A stretch of DNA of 63,958 nt, taken from positions 42,634,941-42,698,898 of the forward strand of contig NC_057741.1 in the NCBI RefSeq assembly GCF_004010195.1, given 5' to 3'. Below the pieces are notes generated by a model, which was given only the letters and a program-made list of their open reading frames with translations, did no database searches and was not told the DNA's origin. The first letter of the stretch is position 1, and each line of letters opens with the position of its first letter. Source of the stretch: Chiloscyllium plagiosum. Taxonomy: Eukaryota. Shown piece after piece: positions 50,652-63,036 of the stretch. Both the position numbers and the translations under genes were made by a program.

Positions 50652-51290
50652 CTGAATACAGAAAGGAGGTAGAGGTCTTGGTGTCGTGGTGCAATGATAA
50701 CAACCTCTCTCTCACAATGTCGGCAAAACAAAAGAATTGATCATTTACTTCAGGAAGAAAGGCAGAGGACATACCCTCATCTACATCAACGGAGCTGTGG
50801 TGGAGAGGGCGGAGAGTGCGAAGTTCCTCAGACTGACGATAACTGACAATCTGTCCTGGACATCCGACATAGATGCAACGGTCAAAAAAGCACAACCACA
50901 CCCCTACTTCCTCAGGCAGCTTAGGAAATTTGGCATGCTCATAAGGACCCTTTCCAACTTATACAGATGAGTAACAGAAAGCATACTATCCGGGTGCATC
51001 ACAGCCTAGTACGGCAACTGCTCCATCCAGGACTGTAAGAAACGATGGAAGGTTGTGTGTAGAGTCCAGGCCATCATGAAAGCCAACCTCCCATCCATCG
51101 ATTCCATTTATACTTCTTAATGCCATGGAAAGGCTGCCAACATCATCAAAGACACCTTCTGTCCTAGTAATGCTCTCCTACAACCTCTTCCATCAGGCTG
51201 AAGATAAAGAAGCTTGAATACATGCACCAACAGGTTCAAGAACAGCTTCTACCCTGTCGTTATTAGACTGATGAATGGACTACCTAACTT
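50652..51290 (+). mobile_element. Rex1/Babar-type LINE 3' fragment (a second related tail lies at about 51480-51825)
   Basis: YRKEVEVLVSWCNDNNLSL...KTKELIIYFRKK...INGAVVERAESAKFL...DNLSW...KKAQ...FLRQLRKFG. Confidence 0.8.
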
Positions 51291-52038
51291 AAAATAATTT
51301 TGATCTTGCTAATATTGATCTTGTTTTGCACATCTTCTGTACAGTGTAATCTGCATGCCTCGCTCTAAGCACCTTTTGATGTCGACATTCTTGTTTGTTA
51401 TGATCTGCCAGTAATGCTCGTAAAACAAAGCTTTTCATTGTACCTAGGTGCATGTGACTACAATAAATCTAATCAATCACAAAGATCAACCTCCCATCCA
51501 TAGAATCCATCTACCAAGGAGAGGCCGCCAGCATTCTCAAAGATCCAATGTTTTTCTACAACTGCTACCATCGGGGAGAAGGTACAGAAGCCTGAACACA
51601 TGCACCAGCCAGTTTCAAAACAGTTTCTACCCTACTGTTGTTAGAATATCGAATGGACTCACAAACTCTTAACATACAACTGTACCTGTATTTTTGTTTT
51701 TGCCACTGTTTATCTATTAATTACTTATCTGTGCTTATCTATCTCTGTGATCTGTCTGTATTGCTCACAAGACAAAGCTTTTCACTGTGCCTTGGTACAC
51801 GTGATAATAAATTCAGTTCAATTCAACTGTCTGTGTGGAGTTTGCATATTCTCCCCGTGTCTGCATGTGTTTCCTCCCACAGTCCAAAGATGTGCAGGTT
51901 AGGTGACTTGGTCATGCTAAATTGCCCATAGTGTTAGGTGAAGGGGAATGAGTCTGGGTGGGTTACTCTTCGGAGGGTCGGTGTGGACTTGTTGGGCCGA
52001 ATGGCCTATTTCCACACTGTAGCGAATCTAATCTAATC

Positions 52039-52236
52039 TAAAAATCACACAACACCAGGTTATAGTCCAACAGGTTTAATTGGAAGCACACTAGCTTTCG
52101 GAGCGACGCTCCTTCATCAGGTGATTGTCGCTCCGAAAGCTAGTGTGCTTCCAATTAAACCTGTTGGACTATAACCTGGTGTTGTGTGATTTTTAACTTT
52201 GTACACCCCAGTCCAACACCGGCATCTCCGAATCAT
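52039..52236. mobile_element. Short palindromic Penelope-derived element (family B) in a SINE (AATCT)n tail
   Basis: Perfect 69-bp arms at 52039-52107 and 52127-52195. Confidence 0.85.
52089..52123 (-). ncRNA. Minimal hammerhead ribozyme motif (family B)
   Basis: Minus strand reads CAC-CTGATGA-A-GGAGC-GTC-GCTCC-GAAAGCTA-GTG: stem I CAC/GTG, stem II, palindromic AGCT. Confidence 0.75.
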
Positions 52237-54859
52237 AATCTAATCTAATTCAATTCAAATCAAAATTACCCTTGATCTGTCCTTGCCCATGGAGATTACT
52301 TCCAACCCTCAGACCTTTTTGTTCCAGTAGTTTTCCTGCCACTGAATAGGAACATAAGAACAGGAGTAAACCATTCAGTCCCTGAAGCCTATTCCACCAT
52401 TCAATAAGATCATGAGTATTCTGATTCCTAACTCTTTGTACCTGCTTTTGACCTATATATCTTAATACCTTTGCTGAGCAAAATATTATCTATCTTAGAT
52501 TTAAAATTAGCATTCACTGTCATTTGTGGAAGAGAGTTCCAGACATCTACCACCTTCTGTTTGTAGAAGTGCTTCCTAACATTTCTCCTGAATTGTCTAG
52601 CCCTAATTTTCAGACTGTGCTCCTCATTCTGGAATTTCCAACAGTGTAAATAGTTTACTTACTCTGTCTTTTCCTGTTGATATCTTGAAGACTTCAATCA
52701 TATCACTCCTTAACCTTCTAAACCATGAGAAAACAAAGTAAATTTGTTTAACCTCTCCTCATAACTTAATCCTGAAGCCCAGGTATTGTTCTTGTAAACC
52801 TATGTTGTATTCCCTCCAAGGCAATATACCTTCCCTGAGATGTGGTGCCCAGATCTGCTCACAGTACTCCCAGTGTGATTTAACCAAGGTTTTGTGTAAC
52901 TGCAGCGTAACTTCTCATCCTTGTACTCGAGTCTTCAAGATATAAAGGCCAGCATTCCATTAGCTTTCATGATTATTTTCTGTGGCATTTTAAACATCTG
53001 TGCACATGAGCCCCGAAGTCTTTTTGGACAGTGTACTTAACTTCATCCCACATAGAAAGTACCCTGACCTATCCTTTCTTGGTCTGCCCCTCCCCCACTA
53101 TTGCAAACATCCTTTCTATCCCAGCACTCCAACACCCCCACCCTACTATTGCATAAATGCTGCCCCTCCAAACTTCACGTCAGCTCTAGACTCAAAATGT
53201 TGACTTGCTTTGTGTCCATGGATGCTGCCTGACCCGATGTGCTCGCCAGCATTTTTTGTTTTCAGTACAGATTTTGGCATCTGCAGTAATTTGCTCCTTG
53301 ATAACCTCACACTTGCTTACATTCAAGTCTATCATTACAGTTTTGCCCATTCACTAAGTCTTGCCCCTACCACCTTTCTTGAGTAATGGTTCCACATTAG
53401 CTGTACTCCAGTACTCTGATATTTCCTCTATGGCCAGAGAGAATTTGAAAATTAGTGTCAGAGTCCCTTGCAAGCTCCTCCTTTGCCTCCCACAGCACAG
53501 ATGTATCCCTTCTTGAATAAATCTCATCTGGCCTGGATATTTATCCACATTCAAGCCAGCTAAAACTGTGAATACCTCTTCCCTCTCAATGCAAATTTGT
53601 TCAAGTACATCATAGTTGCCCTCCCCATTTCTAGAATGATATTCACTTTCTCTATCGTGAAAACAGATGCAAAACACTAATTTAAAACTTCAGCTGGCTC
53701 CACACACTTTTGGCCACTTTGGCCTCTAATGGAATCCACTCTTGCACCGGTTATTCCCTTGTCTCTAATATACTTTCTAACACCTTTGGATATTCCTTAA
53801 TGTTATCCACCAGTGTTTTTTCACATTCCTGTTTGCATTCTTTTCTGTTAAGCAACTCTCTGCACTTACTTTCCTCCTCTGGGGAATCCACTGTTCTGAG
53901 TTTTTTGGTATTTGCCATAAGCTTCCACTTTTACCTTATTCAGTTCTGCATGTCCCTTGACATCCAGATTCTCTGCATTTGTTGGTCCCACCCTTCAGCT
54001 TTATGGGAACATGTTGGTCCTGTATTCTCAATATTACCATTTTGAATGACTTGCATCTGATGTGGATTTTCTCACAAGTGGCTGCTCCCAGTTCATCTTT
54101 AATCCACTTGGCTAGATCCTGTCTTATTGTGTCAAAATTGGGCTTCCCCTAATTCAGAAGCTTTATTTCTAGTCCATTTTTGTTCTTATGAATCACTACC
54201 ATAAATTTACTGAATTATGGTTATATTACTGAAATGCTTCCCATATTTACCACTTCCCTGGCTTTGTTCCCTCAAATTAAGTCTGGCACTGCTCCCTCTT
54301 CAAGAACTTTATGTGCTGGCTAGAAAGCTCTCCAAGACATATTTAAAGAATTCTGCTGCTTCTAAGCCTTTCATAGATTGTCTATCCTAGCTAATATTAG
54401 GGAAGTTGAAATTCTCTGCTATCATCACCGTACTATTTTTACATTCCTCTGAGATTTGCCTACATAAGTTTTTCTATGTCTCCCTCACTGTTTAAGGGTC
54501 TGTAGTACAGGTATTCCCCACTTTTTGAACATTCACTTTACACCAATTCGCTTTTACGAAAGACCTACATTAGTACTGTTTTTGCTAACCAAAAGTGGAT
54601 TTTCACTTTTACGAAAAAGCATGTGCAACAAGAGTGGCACCCCAAGTGCCTTCCTCGCAAGAGTTAATAAATGACCCTCTTCCTTTCTCTCCTACATCCC
54701 AATCTCCTGTACCACTCACCACCCAACTCAGCCTAACATACCACCATCACCACCACCACCTCTCAGCCTCCAGTATGCTCGCTGTCTTCCCAATTCTGGA
54801 GAGTGAAACTACACTACACATATATTATTTCTACTTTATACAGGCTATATATTCATTCT

Positions 54860-55172
54860 GTCAGATTACTTTAGATTACTTACAGTGTGGAAACAGGTCC
54901 TTCGGCCCAACAAGTCCACACCGCCCCTCCGAAGAGAAATCCACCCCCCATTCCCTTACCCTATATTTACCCCTGACTAACACTAGTTGGCAATTTAGCA
55001 TGGCCAATTTACCTAACCTGCACATCTTTGGATTGTGGTAGGAAACCGGAGCACCCGGAGGAAACCCACGCAGACACAGGGAGAATGTACAAACTCCACA
55101 CAGACAGGCGGGAACGAACCCAGGACCCTGGTGCTGTGAGGCAGCAGTGCTAACCACTGTGCCACCGTGCCG
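54860..55172 (-). mobile_element. HE1-like V-SINE
   Basis: Reverse head GGCACGGTGGCACAGTGGTTAGCACTGCTGCCTCACAGC and V-domain. Confidence 0.88.
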
Positions 55173-55289
55173 TCCCATCATTCCTGCTTTTACTATATGC
55201 TAGTGTTATTTTAGGTTTGTGTTATTTGGTATGACTTTGTAGGTTATGTTTTGGGTTTGGGAATGCTCAAAAATTTTCATTTCACGTAT

Positions 55290-55920
55290 AAGCCCTTCAT
55301 CATAAATGTAGGGGGAGAAATGGGAAGGTGGCTGAGAGATAAATAACAGGGTGGTGGTGGTGGAGCTATGGGGAAGGTAGCTGGGAAGACAATAGGGAGA
55401 TGCAGGTGAGGAGTGATGGTGATAGGTCGGAGGGAGGGTGGAGCAGGTAGATGAGAAGGAGCATGTACAGATAGGACAGTTCAACAGGGCAGTGCCGATT
55501 TGGAGGGTTGGATCTGGGATGAGGTGGGGGAGGGGAGATGAGGAAACTGGTGAAGTCGGCGTTGATGCCGTGTGGTTGGAGGATCCCAAGGCAGAAGATG
55601 AGGCGTTCTTCCTCCAGGCGTCAGGTGGCTTGGATTTGGTGATGGAGGAGGCCCAGGACTTGCATGTCCTTGGCGGAGTGGGAGGGGGAGTTGAAGTGAC
55701 TGGCCATAGGGTGGTGGGATTGTTTGGTGCATGTCCCAGAGATGTTCCCTGAAATGTTGCGCGAGTTGGCATCCTGTCTCCCCAGCGTAAAGGAGACCAC
55801 ATCGAGAACAGTAGACACAGTAGATGAGGTGTTTGGATGTACAGGTAAATCTCTGATGGATGTGGAAGGATCCTTTGGGGTCTTAGATGGAGGTGAGGGC
55901 ACAGGTTTTACACCTTTTGC
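55290..55920 (-). mobile_element. Penelope-like (Neptune type) GIY-YIG fragment
   Basis: HFNSPSHSAKDMQVLGLLH; homologous to 25590-26355. Confidence 0.85.
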
Positions 55921-56259
55921 TTCGGTGAGTCGGTATGGACTTGTTGGGCCGAAGGGCCTGTTTCCTCACTGTAACAATCTAATCTAAATCTCTCAACCTT
56001 CTTCTCTCCAACAAAAACAGCCTTAGTTCCCTCAGCCTTTTCTAGTAAGACCTTCCTTCCATACCAGGCAATATCCTAGTAAATCTCCTCTGAACCCTTT
56101 CCAAAGCTTCCACATCCTTCCTAAAATGCTGTGACCTGAACTGTACACAATACTCCAGGTGCAGCCTTACCAGTGTCTTGTACAGCTGAAGCATGAGCTC
56201 GTGGCTCCAAAACTCAATCACCCTACCAACAAACACCAAAATACCAAATGCCTTCTAAA

Positions 56260-57445
56260 TACATTTTTATCAAAAAATAGATTTTTAAAAATATTACAAC
56301 AAATACAAAACAATACAAAGAAAGACACCAAACAAAGTTTTAAAAAACCCAAACCGCCCTTATGTACAAATGTATAAATATGTGTAGAAAAATATATATT
56401 AAAAAAACCTACTGACTACTTAACTAAATAAATAAATAATAACCAACAACCAACTAATAAATAGTAATAACTCAGCTCAGACAAACAAAACACTTTTACG
56501 TTCGCAGTTCCCCTTCCCTGGATACTGGACTCTTAAAGCACAATTGTTATGGCTATATAAAAGCCTTTATTAGTGTGGCAGAAAAATCTGTGTCCAGGTA
56601 TTCCAAAAAGGGCTGCCACATCTTATAGAAATTCTCAGTTTTGTGGTGTACCATACTTGTGAGAAAATTCAATGCTCCATTCACTCTTAAATGTTGACTT
56701 TAAAATCCTCTCTAAGACTCTTGCATCATGTAATTTTGACCCCACTTCTGGAGTCGATATATTAGGAACACTACAAATGGCCTCTGCCAATGGTTCAATC
56801 ACCAATGTAGAAAGCAGTGGCAAAAGGGGACAGCCCTGCCAGCTGCCCCTAAAAATGTTAAATCGCTTGATCGCACCCCATTGATCATGACCACAGTGAG
56901 AGGGTCACTGCAGAGAACCTTTTTCCATCTTATAAAGACTTCGCGCAATCCAAACCGCTCCAGACAATAAAAAAGGTACGGCCACTCAACTTGGTCAAAT
57001 GCCTCCTCTGCATCTGGAGAAATCACCAATCCCTATATTGACTGTTGTTGACATGCTTGAATTACATTAAGCAGCCTCCTAACACTATTGGACGATTTGT
57101 GACTCTTTATGAAGCCTGTCTGATCCTCTTTAACAATATTAGGTAACACAGTCTCTAGCCGTAATGCAAGAGTCTTAGAGAGGATTTTAAAGTCAACATT
57201 TAAGAGTGAAATGGGCCTGTACGAAGCACAATCCTGCGGGACCCACCTTTTTTTAAGAATAAGCTAAATATTGGCCTAATTCAGAAATGGCGGGAGACAA
57301 TCATAGCTGTATGAGTCATTGAACATGTTAAGCATCGGCCCTGACAAGATGTTTATAAATTCCTTATAGAATTCGCTAGGAAGTCCATCAGGACCAGGCG
57401 CCTTTTTGAAACTGCTTCACAGCCTCCTGCACCCTTTGCTCTGAT
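56260..57445 (-). mobile_element. L1-clade LINE remnant with a large internal deletion
   Basis: Minus strand encodes PGPDGLPSEFYKEF...YRPISLLNVDFKILSKTLA...DQTGF...DAEEAFDQVEW, the C-terminal FYKMWQPFLEYLD, and a T-rich 3'UTR. Confidence 0.85.
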
Positions 57446-57449
57446 AAGG

Positions 57450-58160
57450 GGAGAAAGTGAGGTCTGCAGATGCTGGAGATCAGAGCTGGAAATGTGTTGC
57501 TGGAAAAGCGCAGCAGGTCAGGCAGCATCCAGGGAACAGGAGAATCGACGTTTCGGGCATAAGCCCTTCTTCAGGAATGAGGAAAGTTTGTCCAGCAGGC
57601 TAAGATAAAAGGTAGGGAGGAGGGACTTGGGGGAGGGGCGTCGGAAATGTGATAGGTGGAAAGAACAAACCATTATCTCCCAGACCGTCCATAACCTCAT
57701 CACCTCGGGGGATCTCCCATCCACCNNNNNNNNNNNNNNNNNNNNNNNNNNNNNAGGGTGGTTGGGTTGGTGGGTCCGGGTGTCCCATAGGTGTTCTCTG
57801 AAACGCTCCGCAAGTAGCCTGCCTGTCTCCCCAATATAGAGGAGGCCACATTGGGTGCAGAGGATGCAATAGATGATGTTTGTGGAGGTGCAGGTGAATC
57901 TGTGGCGGATACTGAGGTTTCCTTTGGGGCCTTAGAGGGTGGTGGGGGGGGAGGTGTGGGCGCAAGTCTTGCACCTCCTGCGGTTGCAGGGGAAGGTGCC
58001 GGGAGTGGAGGGTGGGTTGGTGGGGGGTGTGGATCTGACGAGGGAGTCACGGAGGGAGTGGTCTTTACGGAATGCTGATAGGGGAGGGAAATATATCCTT
58101 GGTGGTGGGGTCCGCCACCTCCAAACGGACCCCACCACCAAGGATATATTTCCCTCCCCT
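57450..58160 (-). mobile_element. Penelope-like (Neptune type) element with hammerhead core at 57545-57576, an N gap (57726-57754) and a terminal hairpin
   Basis: PGTFPCNRRRCKTCAH; terminus nearly identical to 26160-26355. Confidence 0.88.
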
Positions 58161-58164
58161 CACA

Positions 58165-59300
58165 TGATAGGCTGGTCTGGAAGCTTAGATCGCATGGAAC
58201 CCAGAGGGAGCTGGTGAATTAGATATACAATTGGCTTTATGGTTGGAAGCAGAGGGTAATAAGGATGCCTGTCTGACTGAAAGCCTATGACTAGTGGAAT
58301 GCCTCATGGATTGGTGCTGGGTCCATTACTGTTTGTTATCGATATCAATGATTTGGATGAGAACGTAAAAGGCATGATTAGTAAGTTTTCAGATGACACT
58401 AAAATAGGCCATATCATGGACAGTGAGGAAGGTTATCTGAAATTGCAGCAGGACCTTGATTAGCTGGGGAAATGGGGTAAGAAATGGCAAATGACGTTTG
58501 ATATAACTAAGAGTGAGATCTTGCACTTTGGAAAGTCAAATCAAGGTAGGAGTTTCGTGGTGAATGGTAGGGTCTTAAGGAATGTAGTGGAACAGAGGGA
58601 CCTTGGAGTTTATGTTCACAGTTCTCTGAAAGTGGAGTCACAGCCAGAGGGGACAGTGAAAGAAGGCTTTTGGCACACTGGACTTCATAGTCAGGGCATT
58701 GAGTATAGAAGTTGGGAAATAATGTTGCAGTTGTACAGGATGTTGGTAAGGCTGCACTTGGGAGTATTGTATTCAGTTTTGGTCACCTTGCTATAAGACA
58801 GATGACAATAAATCGGAAAAAGTGCAGAAGAAATTTACAAGAGTGTTGCCAGGACTCAGCAGTCAAAGTTATAGGGAGAGATTGGACAAGCCAGGACTTC
58901 TTTCTTAGCACATAGGAGACTGAAAGGGGATCTTATAGAAGTGTATACGACCATGAGAGGCATGGATATGGTGAATGCACTTTATCTTTTTCCCAGGGTT
59001 GGGGAATTGAGGACTAGAAGGCGTTAGTTTAAGGTTAGAGGGGAAAGATTAAAAGGAAATCTGAGGGGCAACGTTTTTACACAGAGGGTGGTACACATAT
59101 GGAATAAGCTGCCAGCAGAAGTGATTGAAACAGGTGCATTAACAACAATTAAAAGGCATTTGGAAAAATACATGGGTAGGAAACGTTTAGAAGAATATGG
59201 GCCAAGTGCAGGGAAACGGAGTTAGCGTGGAGGGACATTTTGGACGGCATGGACCAGCTTTGGCCAAAGGACCTGTCTCCGTGCTGTAGGACTCTATGAC
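58165..59300 (+). mobile_element. HER1/CR1-related LINE RT 3' portion, decayed
   Basis: KFSDDTKIG and LHFGKSNQGR...EQRDLGV motifs; GACTCTATGAC tail. Confidence 0.88.
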
Positions 59301-59344
59301 ACACCTCATTGTGGGGGTTCAAACTAATTTGGCAGAGGAAAGGA

Positions 59345-60220
59345 TTAGGGTGTAGGTTTGCTCGCTGAGCTGTAGGTTTGATATCCAGACGTTTCATTAC
59401 CTGGCTAGGTAACATCATCAGTGGCGACCTCCAAGTGAAGCGAAGCTCTTGTCTCCTGCTTTCTATTTATATCTTTCTCCTGGATGGGGTTCCTGGGGTT
59501 TGTGGTGATGTCATTTCCTGTTCATTTTCTGAGGGGTTGCTAGATGACATCTCGATCTGTGTGTTTGTTTATGGCATTGTGGTTGGAGTGCCAGGCCCCG
59601 AGGAATTCTCTGGCATGTCTTTGCTTAGCCTGTCCCAGGAGAGGTGTGTTGTCCCAGTCAAAATGGTGGTATTTTTCATCCGTGTGTAGGGCTATGAGGG
59701 AAAAGGGATCGTGTCTTTTTGTGGCTAGCTGGTGTTCGTGTATCCTGGTGGCTAACTTTCTTCCTGTTTGTCCTACGTAGTGTTTGTGGCAGTCCTTGCT
59801 TGGAATTTTGTAGATGACGTTGGTTTTGTCCATGGATTGTACTGGGTCTTTTAAGTTTGTCAGCTTTTGTTTGAGAGTGTTGGTGAGTTTGTGTGCTACT
59901 AGGATTCCGAGGGGTCTTACTAGTCTGGCTGTCATTTCTGAAACTTCTTTGATGTATGGTAAGATGGTTAGGGCTTCTGGCTGTGTTTGGTCTGCTTGTC
60001 ATGGTTTGTTCTTGAGGAATCTGCACACTGTGTTTTTTGAGTATCCGTTCTTTTTGAATACGTTGTATAGGTGGTTCTCCTCTGTTTTCCGAAGTTTGTC
60101 TGTGCTGCAGTGTGTGGTGGCTTGTTGGAATAGTGTTCTGACACAGCTTTGTTTGTGTGTGTTGGGATGGTTGCTGGTGTAGTTAAGTCTTTGGTCAGTG
60201 TTTGTCTGTTTCTGTATATG
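59345..60220 (-). mobile_element. Penelope-like element (Poseidon type)
   Basis: LNYTSNHPNTHK...FKKNGYS and KTNVIYKIPSKDCHKHYVGQTGRKLATRIHEH (GIY-YIG). Confidence 0.92.
59385..59424 (-). ncRNA. Minimal hammerhead ribozyme motif (family C), apparently intact
   Basis: Minus strand reads CCA-CTGATGA-T-GTTACCT-AGCC-AGGTAAT-GAAACGTC-TGG: 3-bp stem I, 7-bp stem II, GUC site. Confidence 0.8.
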
Positions 60221-60224
60221 CAGG

Positions 60225-60602
60225 TTTTTTATGCAGATTATTAAAGGATTGGAAACTCTGGAGGCAGGAAACATGTTTCCGCTGATGGGTGAGTGCCGAA
60301 CCAGAGGACACAGCTTAAAAATATGGGGTAGACCATTTAGGACAGAGATGAGGAGAAACCTCTTCACCCAGAGAGTGGTGGCTGTGTGGAATGCTCTGCC
60401 CAGAGGGCAGTGGACGCCCAGTCTCTGGATTCATTTAAGAAAAAGTTGGATAGAACTCTCAAGGATAGTGGAATCAAGAGTTATGGAGATAAGGCAGGAA
60501 CAGGATACTGATTAAGGATGATCAGCCATGATAATATTGAATGGTGGTGCAGGCTCGAAGGGCAGAATGGCCTACTCCTGCACCTATTGTCTATTGTCTA
60601 TT
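60225..60602 (+). mobile_element. CR1 LINE 3' end with (CTATTGT)n tail
   Basis: RTRGHSLKIWGRPFRTEMRRNLFTQRVVAVWNALP. Confidence 0.85.
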
Positions 60603-62860
60603 GACATCAACAGCCCTTTCTTCATCTATCAGCTTGATCACTCCCTTGAAGAACTCCATCAAGTTAGTAAGGCACGATCTCCCCCACACAAAACCATGTT
60701 GCCTATCACTGATAAGCTCATTCTTTTCTAAATATAAATAGATCCTATCTCTCAGTACCCTCTCCAGCAACTTCCCCACCACTGACGTCAGGCTCACTGG
60801 GCTGTAGTTACCCGGAATATCCCTACTACCCTTCTTGTACAGGGGGACAACATGAGCAACCTTCCAGTCCTCCGGCACCTCACCTGTATTTAAGGATGCC
60901 ACAAAGATATCTGTCAGGGCCCCAGCTATTTCCTCTCTTGCCTCTCTCAGCAACCTGGGATAGATCCCATCCGGTCCTGGGGATTTGTCCATCTTAATAA
61001 CCTCTAGCCTACCCAACACATCTTCCCTACTTATGCCAACGTGATCCAGATGATTTAAACTTCTATCTCTAATCTCAAGATTCATCATGTTCCTCTCCTC
61101 AGTGAACACTGATGCAAAGTAATCATTCAGAATCTCATCCATTCTCTCAGGTTTGGCACACAGCCTTCCTTCATTATCTTTTAGTGGACCAATCCTTTCT
61201 CTAGATACCCGCTTGCTTCTTTTTTAAGAATAAAATGCTTTGGGATTTTCTTTAATTCTGCTTGCTAAAGCTATTTCATGACCCCTTTTAGCCCGCTTGA
61301 TTCTTTGTTTAAGACTTGTCCTACTCTTCCGATATTCCTCCAGGGCCCAATCTGTTCTTAGCTGCCTAGACCTTATGTACACTTCCCTTTTCCTTTTGGC
61401 TAGTCGTACAATTTCTCCTGTCATCCATGGCTCACACATCTTGACCTTCCTATCCTTTGCCTTCAACGGGACATGCCTATCCTGCACTATCTTTAACCTA
61501 TCTTTGAAAGCCTCCCACATATCAAATGTGGACTTTCCTTCAAATAGCTTTGTCCAATCCACATTTCCCAGCTCCTGTCTAATTTTGATATAATTGGCCT
61601 TGGCCCAGTTTAGCACTCTTCCCTGAGGGCCACTCTCTTTTTTATTTGTGAGTATTCTAAAACTTACAGAATTGTGGTCACTGTTCCCAAAGAAATCCCC
61701 CACCGCACCTTCTACCACCTGGCCTGGCTTGTTCCCCAGCACCAGGTCCAATATGGCCCCTTCCCTCTGTCAGACTATCGACACACTCTAGAAAACTCTC
61801 CTGGACGCTTCTTACAAATTCTTTTCCATCCAGACCGCTGACACTAAGTGTATCCCAGTCAATGTTGGGAAAATTAAAATCTCCCATCACCACTACATAT
61901 TGCCTCTACACCTATTCATAATCTGTTTACCTATTTGTTCTTCTACCTCATGATCACTGTTGGGAGGTCTGTAATACAGCCCCAATAATATAACTGCACC
62001 CTTTTTATTTCTCAGCTCCACCCATAATGCCTCACTACCCACGACCTCCATAATGTCCTCCTTTAGCACAGCCGTGATATCGTCCCTGACCAACAATGCA
62101 ACTCCACCCCCTCTTTTACCCCCCTCCCTGTCCTGTCTGAAGCATCTATATCCTGGAACATTTAGTTGCCAGTCATCATGCCCTTCCTTCAACCAATTCT
62201 CTCTGATGGCAATAACGGCCATACTTCCAGGCACCAATCCAAGCCCTAAGTTCATCTGCCTTGTACAATATACTCCTTGCATTAAAGTAGATGCATTTCA
62301 GGCCACCAATTCTTTTGCGCTCACCTGCTCTCTGCCAATTCTTCCCTTTATTAATGCTATCTTCATGATTCTTACAGTCTCCAGTTTCCACCTTGCTGCC
62401 TACTTGTTTTCTCTTCTAGTTCCCAGCCCCCTGTCACATTAGTTTAAAACCTCCCCAACAGCAGTAGCAAAAACTCCCCCAAGGACATTGGTTTGGTCTG
62501 GTTCAGATGTAGACCGTCCATTTTGTAATAGTCCCGATGTCCAACAAATCTGAGCCCCTGCATCTTACACCATCTCTCAAGCCATGTGTTCATCCTGCCT
62601 ATTTTTTCATTTCTACACTGGCTAGCACATGGCACTGGTAGTAATCCTGAGATCACTACCTTTGAGGTCCTCCCCTTTAACTTCTTTCCTAGCTCCCTGA
62701 ATTCTTCTTTCAGGACCTCATCTTGCTTTCTACTTATATCATTGGTGCCTATATGCCTGTTTTGGAGGGAGATCAGCGCAGGGGACACCTGCACTGCCTT
62801 CCTACTCTTTTTCTGTCTTTTGGTCACCCATTCACTGTCTCCCTCAGCAATCAGTACTTT
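60603..62860 (-). mobile_element. CR1 LINE 5' portion: SGNH-esterase-like ORF1, APE endonuclease and start of RT
   Basis: HIGTND...VVISGLLP...DGLHLN (ORF1); YFNARS, YRPPNSD, MGDFNFPNIDW, SDHN (endonuclease); KSPGPDGIYPR...PVSLTSVVGK...QHGF (RT). Confidence 0.92.
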
Positions 62861-63036
62861 ATTAGTTTCCTAATATGGAAAACTCAGTAATTTTGAATGT
62901 GATTTCTGATTCTGTATTTCCCTGTTCAGTAATCTCCATACAGGATGTCCAGTGTCCAGTCAACGATTTGGATAAAAGCAGCAATTACTGTTTCAGGTTT
63001 CCAGCATCCGCAGAATCCTGACTGCTCCCCACTCTT

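Noticed and set aside
54595-55041. ORF with a poly-His run
   Set aside because: Low-complexity CAC repeats inside repeat-derived sequence, running into an antisense SINE.
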